Virus record (IMG/VR): IMGVR_UViG_3300037424_001687
Span: 1 to 30,153 of that record
Source: a virus
Lineage: Duplodnaviria; Caudoviricetes
Reading direction: 5' to 3' (one strand)
Length of the DNA stretch: 30,153 nucleotides
Shown here: positions 15,077 to 23,261 of the stretch, one piece after another
Position numbering within the stretch: position 1 is the stretch's first letter
Layout: the number at the start of each line of letters is the position of its first letter
Program-made: the position numbers and the translations under genes
Notes under the pieces: model-generated
Databases searched by the model: none
What the model saw: the letters and a program-made list of their open reading frames with translations, nothing else
Told to the model about the DNA's origin: nothing

Positions 15077-16852
15077 TTAAAAATCCAATTGCTGCCCGAC
15101 GCCTTGCCGAACGATCGCGGCCTCGATCCGGGCCAGCTTCGCATTCGCCTCGCGCGCGAGCGCGACCTTTGGATCGTTCATCTGGCTGTTGACGATCGTC
15201 GAGTAGGCGGCTGCGCTCCCGCGTGCCATCGCCGCGGCCGGCTTGACCGACGGCTCCTCACCCGAAAGCTCGCCCACGGCCTCGCGCCGCCGACGCTTCT
15301 GCCAGTCGCCGTATTCGTCCTCCGACATCGTCCCGGCCTTGACGGCCGAGCGCCGCTCTTTCAAGTCCCTCTCGTAATCGCCGAGCGGATCGCGAACGCC
15401 CAACCGGCTCCGCTCCTGATCCCGCAGCGACTTCTCGATTCGCCCGTATTCCCCGGACCCCTTGCCGAACAGGTCGGCGGCGCGTCCGAGTTCGTCGCCA
15501 TATCGCTCGCCGGGCGTTTTGAACTGCTCCCGCATGGATTCGCGATCCTGCTTTCTTTGCTCGCGATCCTGATCTCGTTGTTTGGACTCATCTTTTCTGC
15601 GCTGCCTATCCTCGTCTTTTTTCCGGTTCTCCTCCCCTTTCAGATAGATTTGCTGTTCAGCAGCGTCGTATTCTCTCACCGCCGCGAGCCTGTCCTTGAA
15701 TGTGGCTCCTTTCAACCCCTCGATAAAACGGTCCCTCGCTGTGGTCCCCGGTCCATGCTCCATATCCCTTAGCGTGTCCCTTAGCGACTCCATCGGGCGC
15801 AGGGCGGCGGTCAGGTTGTCTTTGTAGCGAGCGGCTTCATCGGCAGCGAGCGCCTGCGCCTCGGTCAACCCTTTATTTTTTACCAGATTGTTTACAAAAA
15901 TAGTCGACGCATCATCTTGACGAGCTATTTTGGCCATCGCCGATACGCTGCCCAAACCACGTTTTCCACCACTATAAAGTCCTTTGATAACACCCATGCC
16001 TCCTTCTGATTTTCGACGCCACGCTTCAGAGATCGCCTCATCTTGCATAGCGGAAATAGCAACCACGCCACCCCAGATGCTTGCGCCTAGACTCTTAGCC
16101 CCTTCTCCACTAGCCGTAGCCGACATCGCCCCGCCCTCGACAAATCTCGAATGTTCGGTTTGGCCGCGCTTTTGGGCCAGTTGATCGTATGTCATACCAA
16201 GCCCGATTGCATCCTCGCGCGTCTGCTTGATTTCGCGGCCGAGATTCGCGGCAAACCCGTGCGCGACCATCAGGCCGGCCCCGAAAAGGCCGACCCCCTT
16301 CGTGGCCAACGAGAAGTCATCGACGGCCAGACCCATCGAGGCAAACTGTCCCATCGGCCCTCGCCCGAGCGCCAGGCGGCCGAGTCCACGAACCGTGCTG
16401 CCAAAACCGCTACTCCCCCCTTTCCCTCCCGTCATGCTGCCCTGCGAGGCGGCGAAAGCGGCTTCCTGCGCGGACAAGGTCGTCCAGGTGGACTGGCTCG
16501 ACGGCAGATACCCTTTCAGGCGGCTCATGCGCTGGTACGCCGGATCGCCGCTGCTGGGGTTGGAGTTCTCCAGCGCGTACCAACTGAGCATGTCGCGTGA
16601 ATTGCCGCGCTGATCGAAGCCGCTGTTCTGCTGGATGTCCCCGCGTAGACTTCGCATCGCCGATTGCCAGGCGTCCTTGCGCCCCTGGATGTCGGCGGCC
16701 AGCGATTTTTGGGAGATGGCCCGCTGGGTCTTTTGGAATTCCTGGGTGAATCCGCCCAGCCCTTCGCGGCCCGCCTCGCGCATGTCCGTCTTGAACCGGG
16801 CCACGTTGGTCAGCAGGTCGATGCGAATTTGCCCAGCAACGGAGTTACCCAC
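15077..16852 (-). CDS. Tail tape measure protein (591 aa)
   Basis: GTG start after the chaperones. N-terminal AGQIRIDLLTNVARFK, helical A/G-rich body, C-terminal TPGERY and GSAAAYS motifs. Confidence 0.85.
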   Translation of the reverse strand: MGNSVAGQIRIDLLTNVARFKTDMREAGREGLGGFTQEFQKTQRAISQKSLAADIQGRKDAWQSAMRSLRGDIQQNSGFDQRGNSRDMLSWYALENSNPSSGDPAYQRMSRLKGYLPSSQSTWTTLSAQEAAFAASQGSMTGGKGGSSGFGSTVRGLGRLALGRGPMGQFASMGLAVDDFSLATKGVGLFGAGLMVAHGFAANLGREIKQTREDAIGLGMTYDQLAQKRGQTEHSRFVEGGAMSATASGEGAKSLGASIWGGVVAISAMQDEAISEAWRRKSEGGMGVIKGLYSGGKRGLGSVSAMAKIARQDDASTIFVNNLVKNKGLTEAQALAADEAARYKDNLTAALRPMESLRDTLRDMEHGPGTTARDRFIEGLKGATFKDRLAAVREYDAAEQQIYLKGEENRKKDEDRQRRKDESKQRDQDREQRKQDRESMREQFKTPGERYGDELGRAADLFGKGSGEYGRIEKSLRDQERSRLGVRDPLGDYERDLKERRSAVKAGTMSEDEYGDWQKRRRREAVGELSGEEPSVKPAAAMARGSAAAYSTIVNSQMNDPKVALAREANAKLARIEAAIVRQGVGQQLDF

Positions 16853-17551
16853 GTTCGCGATCCCTTTCCGCGCGTTCCATAACGTCGCAAACCGTGTCCC
16901 ACGCCCTTTGGATGTCGGCCGGCGACTGTTTCTTTTCGACCGCCCGCTTCAGATACGGCATGTACTCTCTCGGCGGTTTCGGCTCAGCGCCGTGGCAGGC
17001 CGCCGAGTACGCGATTCCGATGCCGGCGGCCAGGTCGGTCCGCTCCTCGGCCCACGGCTCGATCGCGTACAGCGTCCTCCACTCCTCGAAAATCTCGACC
17101 GGCACCTCGTTCAAGAGGCGGTCGTGGCGGAGTCCGTAACCGGTGTTGCAGGTGCGGCACAGGAACATGGCGAACCAACGCCTCCCGTGCATTCGGAGTT
17201 TTTTCGCCAGGCCGTCCGGTTCTCCTCGGTCAGGCCGCAGTGGTCGCGGCCGGCCCAATAGAGCCGCTCGACCATCGAGGTCAGATACGCGCAGGTGGAC
17301 AGCCAGGGTACGTCCTCGTCCTGAAAAATGCGGCTGCCGTCCCGATCGACGGCGACCTGGACGACGAACCCGGCCCGCTCGTCGATCTGACCGTCCTCCT
17401 CGGCGTCCTTCCAAAAAGTCGCCAGGGCGCGGGAACTCGCCCGCGTCACAAAAATCTGGCCGTCCCACTGCGGAAGCTCCGGTGTCGGCACCGCCCTGAT
17501 CGGAACCTTTTCGTTCTCGATGTAGCTTTTCATCGCGTCGCGCATCGCCAT
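16845..17551 (-). CDS. Tail assembly chaperone gpGT-like (-1 frameshift product)
   Basis: Slippery A-AAA-AAC at 17204-17198 (WRKN) leads into the -1 frame KLRMHGRRWFAMFL..EFEEW-like..EPWAEERTD, which ends at 16845 overlapping the tape measure start. Confidence 0.85.
17111..17551 (-). CDS. Tail assembly chaperone gpG-like (146 aa)
   Basis: VPTPELPQWDGQIFV..VDRDGSRIF pattern, SD GAGGT, position upstream of the tape measure. Confidence 0.85.
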   Translation of the reverse strand: MAMRDAMKSYIENEKVPIRAVPTPELPQWDGQIFVTRASSRALATFWKDAEEDGQIDERAGFVVQVAVDRDGSRIFQDEDVPWLSTCAYLTSMVERLYWAGRDHCGLTEENRTAWRKNSECTGGVGSPCSCAAPATPVTDSATTAS

Positions 17552-17575
17552 GTCTTTACCTCACTTGGGGTTGAA

Positions 17576-18064
17576 TCAACTCGGGTAATCCTCGATCACG
17601 GCAAGCGCGGCGAACAGCCCGGTCCCTAACGCGCCCGTGCCGGGCGCAACCGCCACCACCGCCGTCAGCACGTCGCCGGACACCAGCGTCGGGGAACTCA
17701 GCGCGGCGGCGACGACTTCATAGGCGGCATGCGCCGAGGTAAGCTCAACTTCCGCGGTGAGGATGCTGATTCCGTTCTTTTTCAGATCGACGGTAATCGT
17801 AGCGTCCCCGGTGCAAGGCTCGATCAATCCGGTTTTGAAGGCCAGCACTGTGCCGGTCGCGCCGAGCGCCACGTGGATCGTCGCCTCGGCGTCGTGCGCC
17901 CCCGGACACGCGGCGTCCTGCCGGTAGACCGGCTGATGCAAATGGGCCATCGCCGACGCAAGCACCGGCGTGCCGTCGGGATTGAGGATGAACCCCTTGC
18001 TCCGAATCCATCCGTCGGACACCAAAAGGTTTGTGGCCGGTATTTTGATGATTTCCGTCGCCAT
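17576..18064 (-). CDS. Putative virion structural protein (162 aa)
   Basis: SD GAGGAG. Beta-rich, with ITVDLKKNGISILT and LVSGDVLT. Lies in the tail module. Confidence 0.75.
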   Translation of the reverse strand: MATEIIKIPATNLLVSDGWIRSKGFILNPDGTPVLASAMAHLHQPVYRQDAACPGAHDAEATIHVALGATGTVLAFKTGLIEPCTGDATITVDLKKNGISILTAEVELTSAHAAYEVVAAALSSPTLVSGDVLTAVVAVAPGTGALGTGLFAALAVIEDYPS

Positions 18065-18085
18065 GCGGTTGACTCCTCGTTATCG

Positions 18086-18727
18086 TTAGGCCGCGTCGTC
18101 CAGGCTGTTGCACGTCAGGTACACGATGCGGACCCGCACGACGCCGGCGGCGACAAACTTCTCCGTGCAGGCCGAGCCGTCCGTCTGGCAGGCGTACACT
18201 TGAATGTCCTCGGCCCCGGACAATACCGCCCAGTTGGGAATCGTGTCCACCTTGAGGTTTTTGGTCAGGGCGGAGGTTTTGCCGTACTTGTCCGGGTCGG
18301 CGACGACGCCGATGCCGACCTTGGCCAGCAGATCGTCGCCCGTGCCATCGCCGGTAATCGCGGTTTCGAGGTTCGCCTGGACGCTCAGGATCACCGCGCC
18401 GCTCGGGATGTCGTCGGTCAAATCTTTGGCGACGGCGTTGGTCAGCGTCACGTCCTCGTCGATAACCTTTAGCTCCAGCCCTTCAGTGGCCGTCTGACCG
18501 AGACGCAGGGCCACGGCAGCAGTCGCCACGCCCGCCTTGTTCGTCAGAGCGCCGGACAGGCCGAGGTTGCGAAAATCGCCCGCGTCTTTGTTGGCGTCTG
18601 GGATCACCGCTTTGCTGGCGGCGACCGTTCCGGCGGTCGCTCCGAGCAAGGCGATTAGTTCCGCCGCGCCGGCGTCGTCGGGAACGATTCCATTGAGGGC
18701 CACGGTTAACGCCGAGGAGAGCGCCAT
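18086..18727 (-). CDS. Putative virion structural/decoration protein (213 aa)
   Basis: SD GGGAG. IPSGAVILSV and IGVVADPDKY are typical of cement/spike-base-like beta folds (inference). Confidence 0.75.
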   Translation of the reverse strand: MALSSALTVALNGIVPDDAGAAELIALLGATAGTVAASKAVIPDANKDAGDFRNLGLSGALTNKAGVATAAVALRLGQTATEGLELKVIDEDVTLTNAVAKDLTDDIPSGAVILSVQANLETAITGDGTGDDLLAKVGIGVVADPDKYGKTSALTKNLKVDTIPNWAVLSGAEDIQVYACQTDGSACTEKFVAAGVVRVRIVYLTCNSLDDAA

Positions 18728-18753
18728 CGCAAATACTCCCTAACTTTTGTAAA

Positions 18754-19395
18754 TTATTCGACCAAAACGCCCATCACCAGCGAGGCCGCCACGGTCGAGC
18801 CGTTGTAAAATACGGTCGAGGCCACCGCATCGGTCATGGGATTGTCGTAGCCCGCGCCGTCGGCCCAAAGGAACGATTCCCCCTCGGATCCGGATGCAGG
18901 CGCGGGGAGGTGGATCGGCGCGGCGAGCACCGAGGCGTCGAGGGCGTCGAGCATTTCGACTCCGGCCCGCTTCGAGCAGACGATGCTCAGCATCTTCGCG
19001 GCCGTGCCGTCGTAGGAAACGTCGTCCTCGACGGTCTGGAGGCTGACGACCAAATCCGTGGCGGGCGTCGAGGGCAGGGCGTCGCCCGTGCCGGTCGCCG
19101 TGGTCACGGTGATCGTGGTCGACGTGTAGGCCGTCACGGTCATGCCGAGCCGAAGCCCGCGCGTCGCTGGGTCGTCCTGCGCGCCGTCCCAAAACACGCC
19201 GACCAGATCGGCATCGGTGATCCCGTGCCCCGAAGCCACGTTCAACACCGTCGTCGCCTCGACGACTTCATCGACGTCGCCGGCGACCCCTGCCGGAAGC
19301 GTTTTGACGATCGGTACTTTGGCGTCCCCGGTCCTGGTCACTTGGGATTGGCCGCCCATCGAACACGTTGCGGTCAAGGTTTCCGAAAAACTCAT
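18754..19395 (-). CDS. Putative virion structural protein (213 aa)
   Basis: SD AAGGA. Thr/Ala/Val-rich, acidic. Confidence 0.75.
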   Translation of the reverse strand: MSFSETLTATCSMGGQSQVTRTGDAKVPIVKTLPAGVAGDVDEVVEATTVLNVASGHGITDADLVGVFWDGAQDDPATRGLRLGMTVTAYTSTTITVTTATGTGDALPSTPATDLVVSLQTVEDDVSYDGTAAKMLSIVCSKRAGVEMLDALDASVLAAPIHLPAPASGSEGESFLWADGAGYDNPMTDAVASTVFYNGSTVAASLVMGVLVE

Positions 19396-19407
19396 GGTTT
19401 GATTCCT

Positions 19408-19439
19408 TTTTTAGTTGCGGCTATTTTTAGTTGCGGCTA
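19408..19439. repeat. 16-bp perfect tandem duplication
   Basis: TTTTTAGTTGCGGCTA x2, covering the tail-tube stop codon. Confidence 0.9.
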
Positions 19440-19799
19440 GGCGTCGGGCACGGTGGGCCTGGCCTCGGCCGTGCTTTGCCACGGTGCGTCCCAATCGTCG
19501 GAATACTCGAAATTGCCGACCATCCACGTGCCAGGACAACTTCGTGAGAAATTATTGCTTACGCTGGCGATGGCCAGCGTGCCCTTCGTCTTCTCAGTCA
19601 GGCTGTGACAGCCCTTAAACTTCAGTTGAAGTTGCAAATCAGATTGATTGCTCAACTCATAGAGTTTATTGAGGTCTGCCGGCTCGGTGACGTCGATCCA
19701 ATTGCCGCCGACCCGGTACGACAGACCGACTAGTTTACCGACCGCACTGTTGTTGAAAGTGACGGTGATATCGTTATTGAACAGTCTTGTTTTAGCCAT
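19437..19799 (-). CDS. Putative major tail (tube) protein (120 aa)
   Basis: Follows the gp10-like gene. Beta-rich with a WIDVT loop motif. SD AGGAG. Confidence 0.65.
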   Translation of the reverse strand: MAKTRLFNNDITVTFNNSAVGKLVGLSYRVGGNWIDVTEPADLNKLYELSNQSDLQLQLKFKGCHSLTEKTKGTLAIASVSNNFSRSCPGTWMVGNFEYSDDWDAPWQSTAEARPTVPDA

Positions 19800-19812
19800 A
19801 GCTAAGCTCCTG

Positions 19813-20391
19813 TTAATGTGTGTTTGCTAAATTACGCACCTCGGCGTCGATCAGGTCGGGCGCTCGGCTCGTGATTAAATTGACGGCGACCGATTTCGCC
19901 GACTCGAAGGCCCGCGACATGAACGGATTCGGCGCGGCGGCCCTGACCGACTTGCCGAAAAACCGGCCGGTTCGCGGATCGTACATCACCTTCCGATTCA
20001 CCGCTTCGAGCGCGCGGCGCCCGCCGGTGACCAGGTGGAGGTATTTCGTCGGATTCTGCACGGGCTGGTCGGGCGAATCGGCCGTTTTTCTCTTGCTGAA
20101 AAAACGCAATTTGCCCCTGGACGTGGCTTGCACGGCGCGGCGAAATCCACGCCGAACACCTGTGGCAATGAAAAGCGTTCCGCTGGCGTAGGATTTTAGA
20201 GTCGATACCCCAATCGCCATCCTCAGCAGACCGCTTGCAGCCGGTGCCGCGTCGCGTTCCACAAGGGCGACACGGGCGGCCGCCTCGCGCAGCAACGGCT
20301 TGGCGACCCGCTCCTGCGCGCGTGCGGGCAATTCCTCGAAAACGCGGAGGAGTTGCCGGTCGCCGGTGATGGTCATCGATATTTCACTCAT
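19813..20391 (-). CDS. HK97 gp10-like neck/tail-completion protein
   Basis: ITGDRQLLRVFEELP..AP..SGLLR..YLHLV..G..PNPFMSRAF. Confidence 0.85.
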   Translation of the reverse strand: MSEISMTITGDRQLLRVFEELPARAQERVAKPLLREAAARVALVERDAAPAASGLLRMAIGVSTLKSYASGTLFIATGVRRGFRRAVQATSRGKLRFFSKRKTADSPDQPVQNPTKYLHLVTGGRRALEAVNRKVMYDPRTGRFFGKSVRAAAPNPFMSRAFESAKSVAVNLITSRAPDLIDAEVRNLANTH

Positions 20392-20875
20392 CGTCGTACA
20401 TGCGCCGCCAGGTGGTTAGGATCGGGGCCAGATACAATCCCTCGTTGTGGTAGCGGTCGATATTCTTGGCGGTCTCGCGCTTGACGCTGACGCACGTGCA
20501 GTCGAGTATCGTCGTTTTGCGGCAATGGCGGGCGATCTCCGACGCCATCGCCGACATCGATCGGCACGCCGTTTTCCGCTCCGCCTCGGTAAGCGTCCCG
20601 CCGCCTTCCTTGGCGAACTTCCTCTGCGCGACCAGAAGAATCTCAAATTCCTCGATCGGGACGCTGCTTTGGCCCGAGGCCTCGGGCAGCTCCTCGGCCG
20701 AGTCGATCGCCAACAACTGGGGCGACGTCAAGGCCGCGTCGTCGAGCACGGTCAGCGCGTCGTCGGACCAGGCGGGCGTGAACTCCAGCGAGAACTCGCC
20801 CGCCGCCACGGCGGCCGTCAAGTCCTCGACCAGCGCGTCGACCATGTCCATCAATTTGTCGTCGGGGTCGGCCAT
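20384..20875 (-). CDS. Putative tail terminator/neck protein (163 aa)
   Basis: ATG 20875 just after the upstream stop. Acidic alpha/beta protein in the neck module. Confidence 0.65.
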   Translation of the reverse strand: MADPDDKLMDMVDALVEDLTAAVAAGEFSLEFTPAWSDDALTVLDDAALTSPQLLAIDSAEELPEASGQSSVPIEEFEILLVAQRKFAKEGGGTLTEAERKTACRSMSAMASEIARHCRKTTILDCTCVSVKRETAKNIDRYHNEGLYLAPILTTWRRMYDDE

Positions 20876-20877
20876 CG

Positions 20878-21258
20878 TTACCCACTCACTCGTTTCGTAT
20901 GGACGCGGATCATAATCCCCTGCGAATCGCACTGGCGGTAGACCTGCTCGCCGCCGGGGGCTAATACCTCGAACACCTGCAAGTCAAGGCGGTTTTCGCG
21001 GACGACGGAGATCCGGTCGCCCCGCTGCGGCGTGGCCGGCGTCCCGGCGAGGATCAACGCCTCGGCCGGGAAAATAAAATCGCGATCGCTGTGCTCGATC
21101 CGAACGCCGTCGGCGCTCTCGACCTGAAACTCCGACCGGCCGAACGCCGCCTCGATCCATATTCGCTCTTCGCCCCGTTGGTACAGAATTCGGCCTCCGG
21201 CGGTTTCGGGCAGCGCCCGTGCCAGCATGTCGAGACCGCGTTCCATCAACGTGCTCAT
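20878..21258 (-). CDS. Head-tail adaptor/stopper (126 aa)
   Basis: ATGA-coupled start MSTLMERG. RDFIF..L..TPQRGDRI..FEVL..IRVHTK stopper-like motif. Confidence 0.8.
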   Translation of the reverse strand: MSTLMERGLDMLARALPETAGGRILYQRGEERIWIEAAFGRSEFQVESADGVRIEHSDRDFIFPAEALILAGTPATPQRGDRISVVRENRLDLQVFEVLAPGGEQVYRQCDSQGIMIRVHTKRVSG

Positions 21259-21461
21259 GCCGTTTCTTCCGCGATCTTGGGTATCGCATCCGGCTCGACG
21301 GCCGCAACGCTCCAACCGTCGGCGGTCAGCGTCACCCGGTCGAGGGTCACCGCTCCCGTTTTCAGGGCGCGCAATAAAGCCAGCGTTTTGGCGTAATCCA
21401 ATCGCGCCTGCCACGCCGATTGAATGTCGCCCAATTTTTGAAGCAATTCTTCCATCTGCAT
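21255..21461 (-). CDS. Small hypothetical protein (68 aa)
   Basis: SD GGAG. Translationally coupled to the adaptor gene. Confidence 0.7.
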   Translation of the reverse strand: MQMEELLQKLGDIQSAWQARLDYAKTLALLRALKTGAVTLDRVTLTADGWSVAAVEPDAIPKIAEETA

Positions 21462-21547
21462 TTCTCCGCAAAGGAGTTTTTACATTCGATGAGCGGCCTT
21501 GGAGTTATGGCTTCCAAGGCCGCTCATCCTCAATCGTCACCGGATCA

Positions 21548-23170
21548 CTACGCGATTCGGTAGGTGATCCACGTCGTCGCCGCAGTCTTGCGAGAACGGA
21601 ATTGAGCGGAGTTGCCGTAAACCCCTCCGGTGCTCGCGTGGGCGGATTGGACGATCATGTTGCCGACCACGGTGTGGTCGTCGCCGGCGGCGACCGTCAC
21701 GGTGTCCGCGGCTGCGGCGGAGAGATTGATTAACGTCCAGTCGAAACTATCGCCGGTCGCCAGTTGGTTTCCGCCGGACATGTTGGTTCCGGTCGGAAGG
21801 GTATAAGTTTGCGTAGCCCCAACGGCGTGTGTGCCTGTCAGCAGCTTCGTCTGCAACTCGGCGATCGTGAGAGTCGCGTTCGTGGTTTTCGCCGTGGGAG
21901 CGCCCTGGCTTTGCACGACGAGTCCTTCCAGCGCGATGTGCCCGACCTTGCCGGCCGTCCCGCCGCCTGCGGAAGACGTGCCTGCGGTGAGCACAACGAC
22001 GCCGCCGGCCCCGGACGTTCCGGCCCCGGAGGCCGTCCCGCCGTTTCCGGCCGTCAGGTTGATCGAGCTTCCCGCGCCGCCGGTTCCCGTCGCGGTTGCG
22101 CCTCCTGCGCTCCCGAGCACATTAACCGTGCCTCCGGCCCCGCCAGTCCCGGTGGTGCCTGCGGCACCGCCGACTCCGGCCGTGAGGTTTGCCGCCCCGC
22201 CGGCCGCACCCGTGCCGCCTGCGCCAGCGGCCCCGCCGGCCCCGGCGGTGCATCCGGTCGCCCCGCCGACCCCGCCCGTACCCGTCGTGGCGGCCGTCCC
22301 GCCGGCCCCGGCTGTAAAGAGAGCGGCCCCGCCGATCCCTCCGACGCCTGCTCCGGTGGCCGCACCGCCCGCTCCTGACGTGCTGTTGATGGCGCCGCCG
22401 GCGCCGCCGGTCCCGGTGGTGCTCGTTGCACCACCGACGCCGCCAAACAGACCGGTCGCACCGCCCGCGCCGCCGGTCCCGGCGCCCGTAACGGCTCCGC
22501 CGACTCCGCCGGTGTTGTGAGCAGCTCCGCCTGCCCCGCCGACACCGACATTCGTGTCCGCACCGCCTGCCCCGCCGGTGCGCGATACCGCACCTCCGAC
22601 CCCGCCAGTCCCGCCGGCGTGCGTCGCACCGGCGCCGCCCGTCACGGTCCAGGCGCCACCGGCGTTGCCGTCGCCGTCCGCTGCCCCGCCGACCCCGGCT
22701 ACTGCGCCGCCGGCACCGGCGCTGCCGGCCTTCCCGGCGATAGCCATCGACGAATCCGATCCGGTAATGTCATCGGCGGTAACGCTGCCGGCGATGGTCG
22801 TGGTCCGCTTAGCGGCGGTTAGCATCACGTATACATAGCTGTCCGTCGCCTCCGTGGTCGCAACCGCAACGCCCATCAGGTTGTTGCCGGTCGCCGTTCC
22901 CGTCGCTGCGCCGCTGAGAGCGGTCCCCGTGACGGGCGTTCCGTTTTCGTCCCAATAAACGGCATCGCCGGCGGTAATGATCTCGGCGGCCTGTGGAATC
23001 CGCCACACGCCGTCGGCGACCAGAGCGCCTTTGACGCCAGCGGCGATCGCCACGGGGGCGATCATCGGAATCGTGCCGATCAAAACGACCTGGCCGCCGA
23101 TCACGGCCGACACGGGCGTGTAATCGATGACGTGGCCGCCGGAATAGTACAGAGCAGGCGTTTGAGCCAT
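21548..23170 (-). CDS. DUF2190-like capsid cement protein fused to a glycine-rich stalk and C-terminal domain (540 aa)
   Basis: N-terminal IDYTP.SAV..GQVV..G..G.W.IP..GDAVYWD..N..MG.A follows the capsid gene. About 270 aa of GGAGG/GTGG repeats, then a C-terminal beta domain. Confidence 0.85.
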   Translation of the reverse strand: MAQTPALYYSGGHVIDYTPVSAVIGGQVVLIGTIPMIAPVAIAAGVKGALVADGVWRIPQAAEIITAGDAVYWDENGTPVTGTALSGAATGTATGNNLMGVAVATTEATDSYVYVMLTAAKRTTTIAGSVTADDITGSDSSMAIAGKAGSAGAGGAVAGVGGAADGDGNAGGAWTVTGGAGATHAGGTGGVGGAVSRTGGAGGADTNVGVGGAGGAAHNTGGVGGAVTGAGTGGAGGATGLFGGVGGATSTTGTGGAGGAINSTSGAGGAATGAGVGGIGGAALFTAGAGGTAATTGTGGVGGATGCTAGAGGAAGAGGTGAAGGAANLTAGVGGAAGTTGTGGAGGTVNVLGSAGGATATGTGGAGSSINLTAGNGGTASGAGTSGAGGVVVLTAGTSSAGGGTAGKVGHIALEGLVVQSQGAPTAKTTNATLTIAELQTKLLTGTHAVGATQTYTLPTGTNMSGGNQLATGDSFDWTLINLSAAAADTVTVAAGDDHTVVGNMIVQSAHASTGGVYGNSAQFRSRKTAATTWITYRIA

Positions 23171-23261
23171 GTTCGTATCCTTTCACGCAAGAGATTGGTT
23201 TTTTAGTCTTTCAGGTTACAAACGGCTGGGGCCTTTCGGCCCCGAGACGTGAGGGTTGACG

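Noticed and set aside
23228-23243. Hairpin GGGGCC-GAAA-GGCCCC after the capsid gene, sharing 14 nt with 5689-5702
   Set aside because: A generic GNRA hairpin in the opposite orientation with a poor U-tract. The match is probably convergent, and at most it is an mRNA stabiliser or weak terminator.
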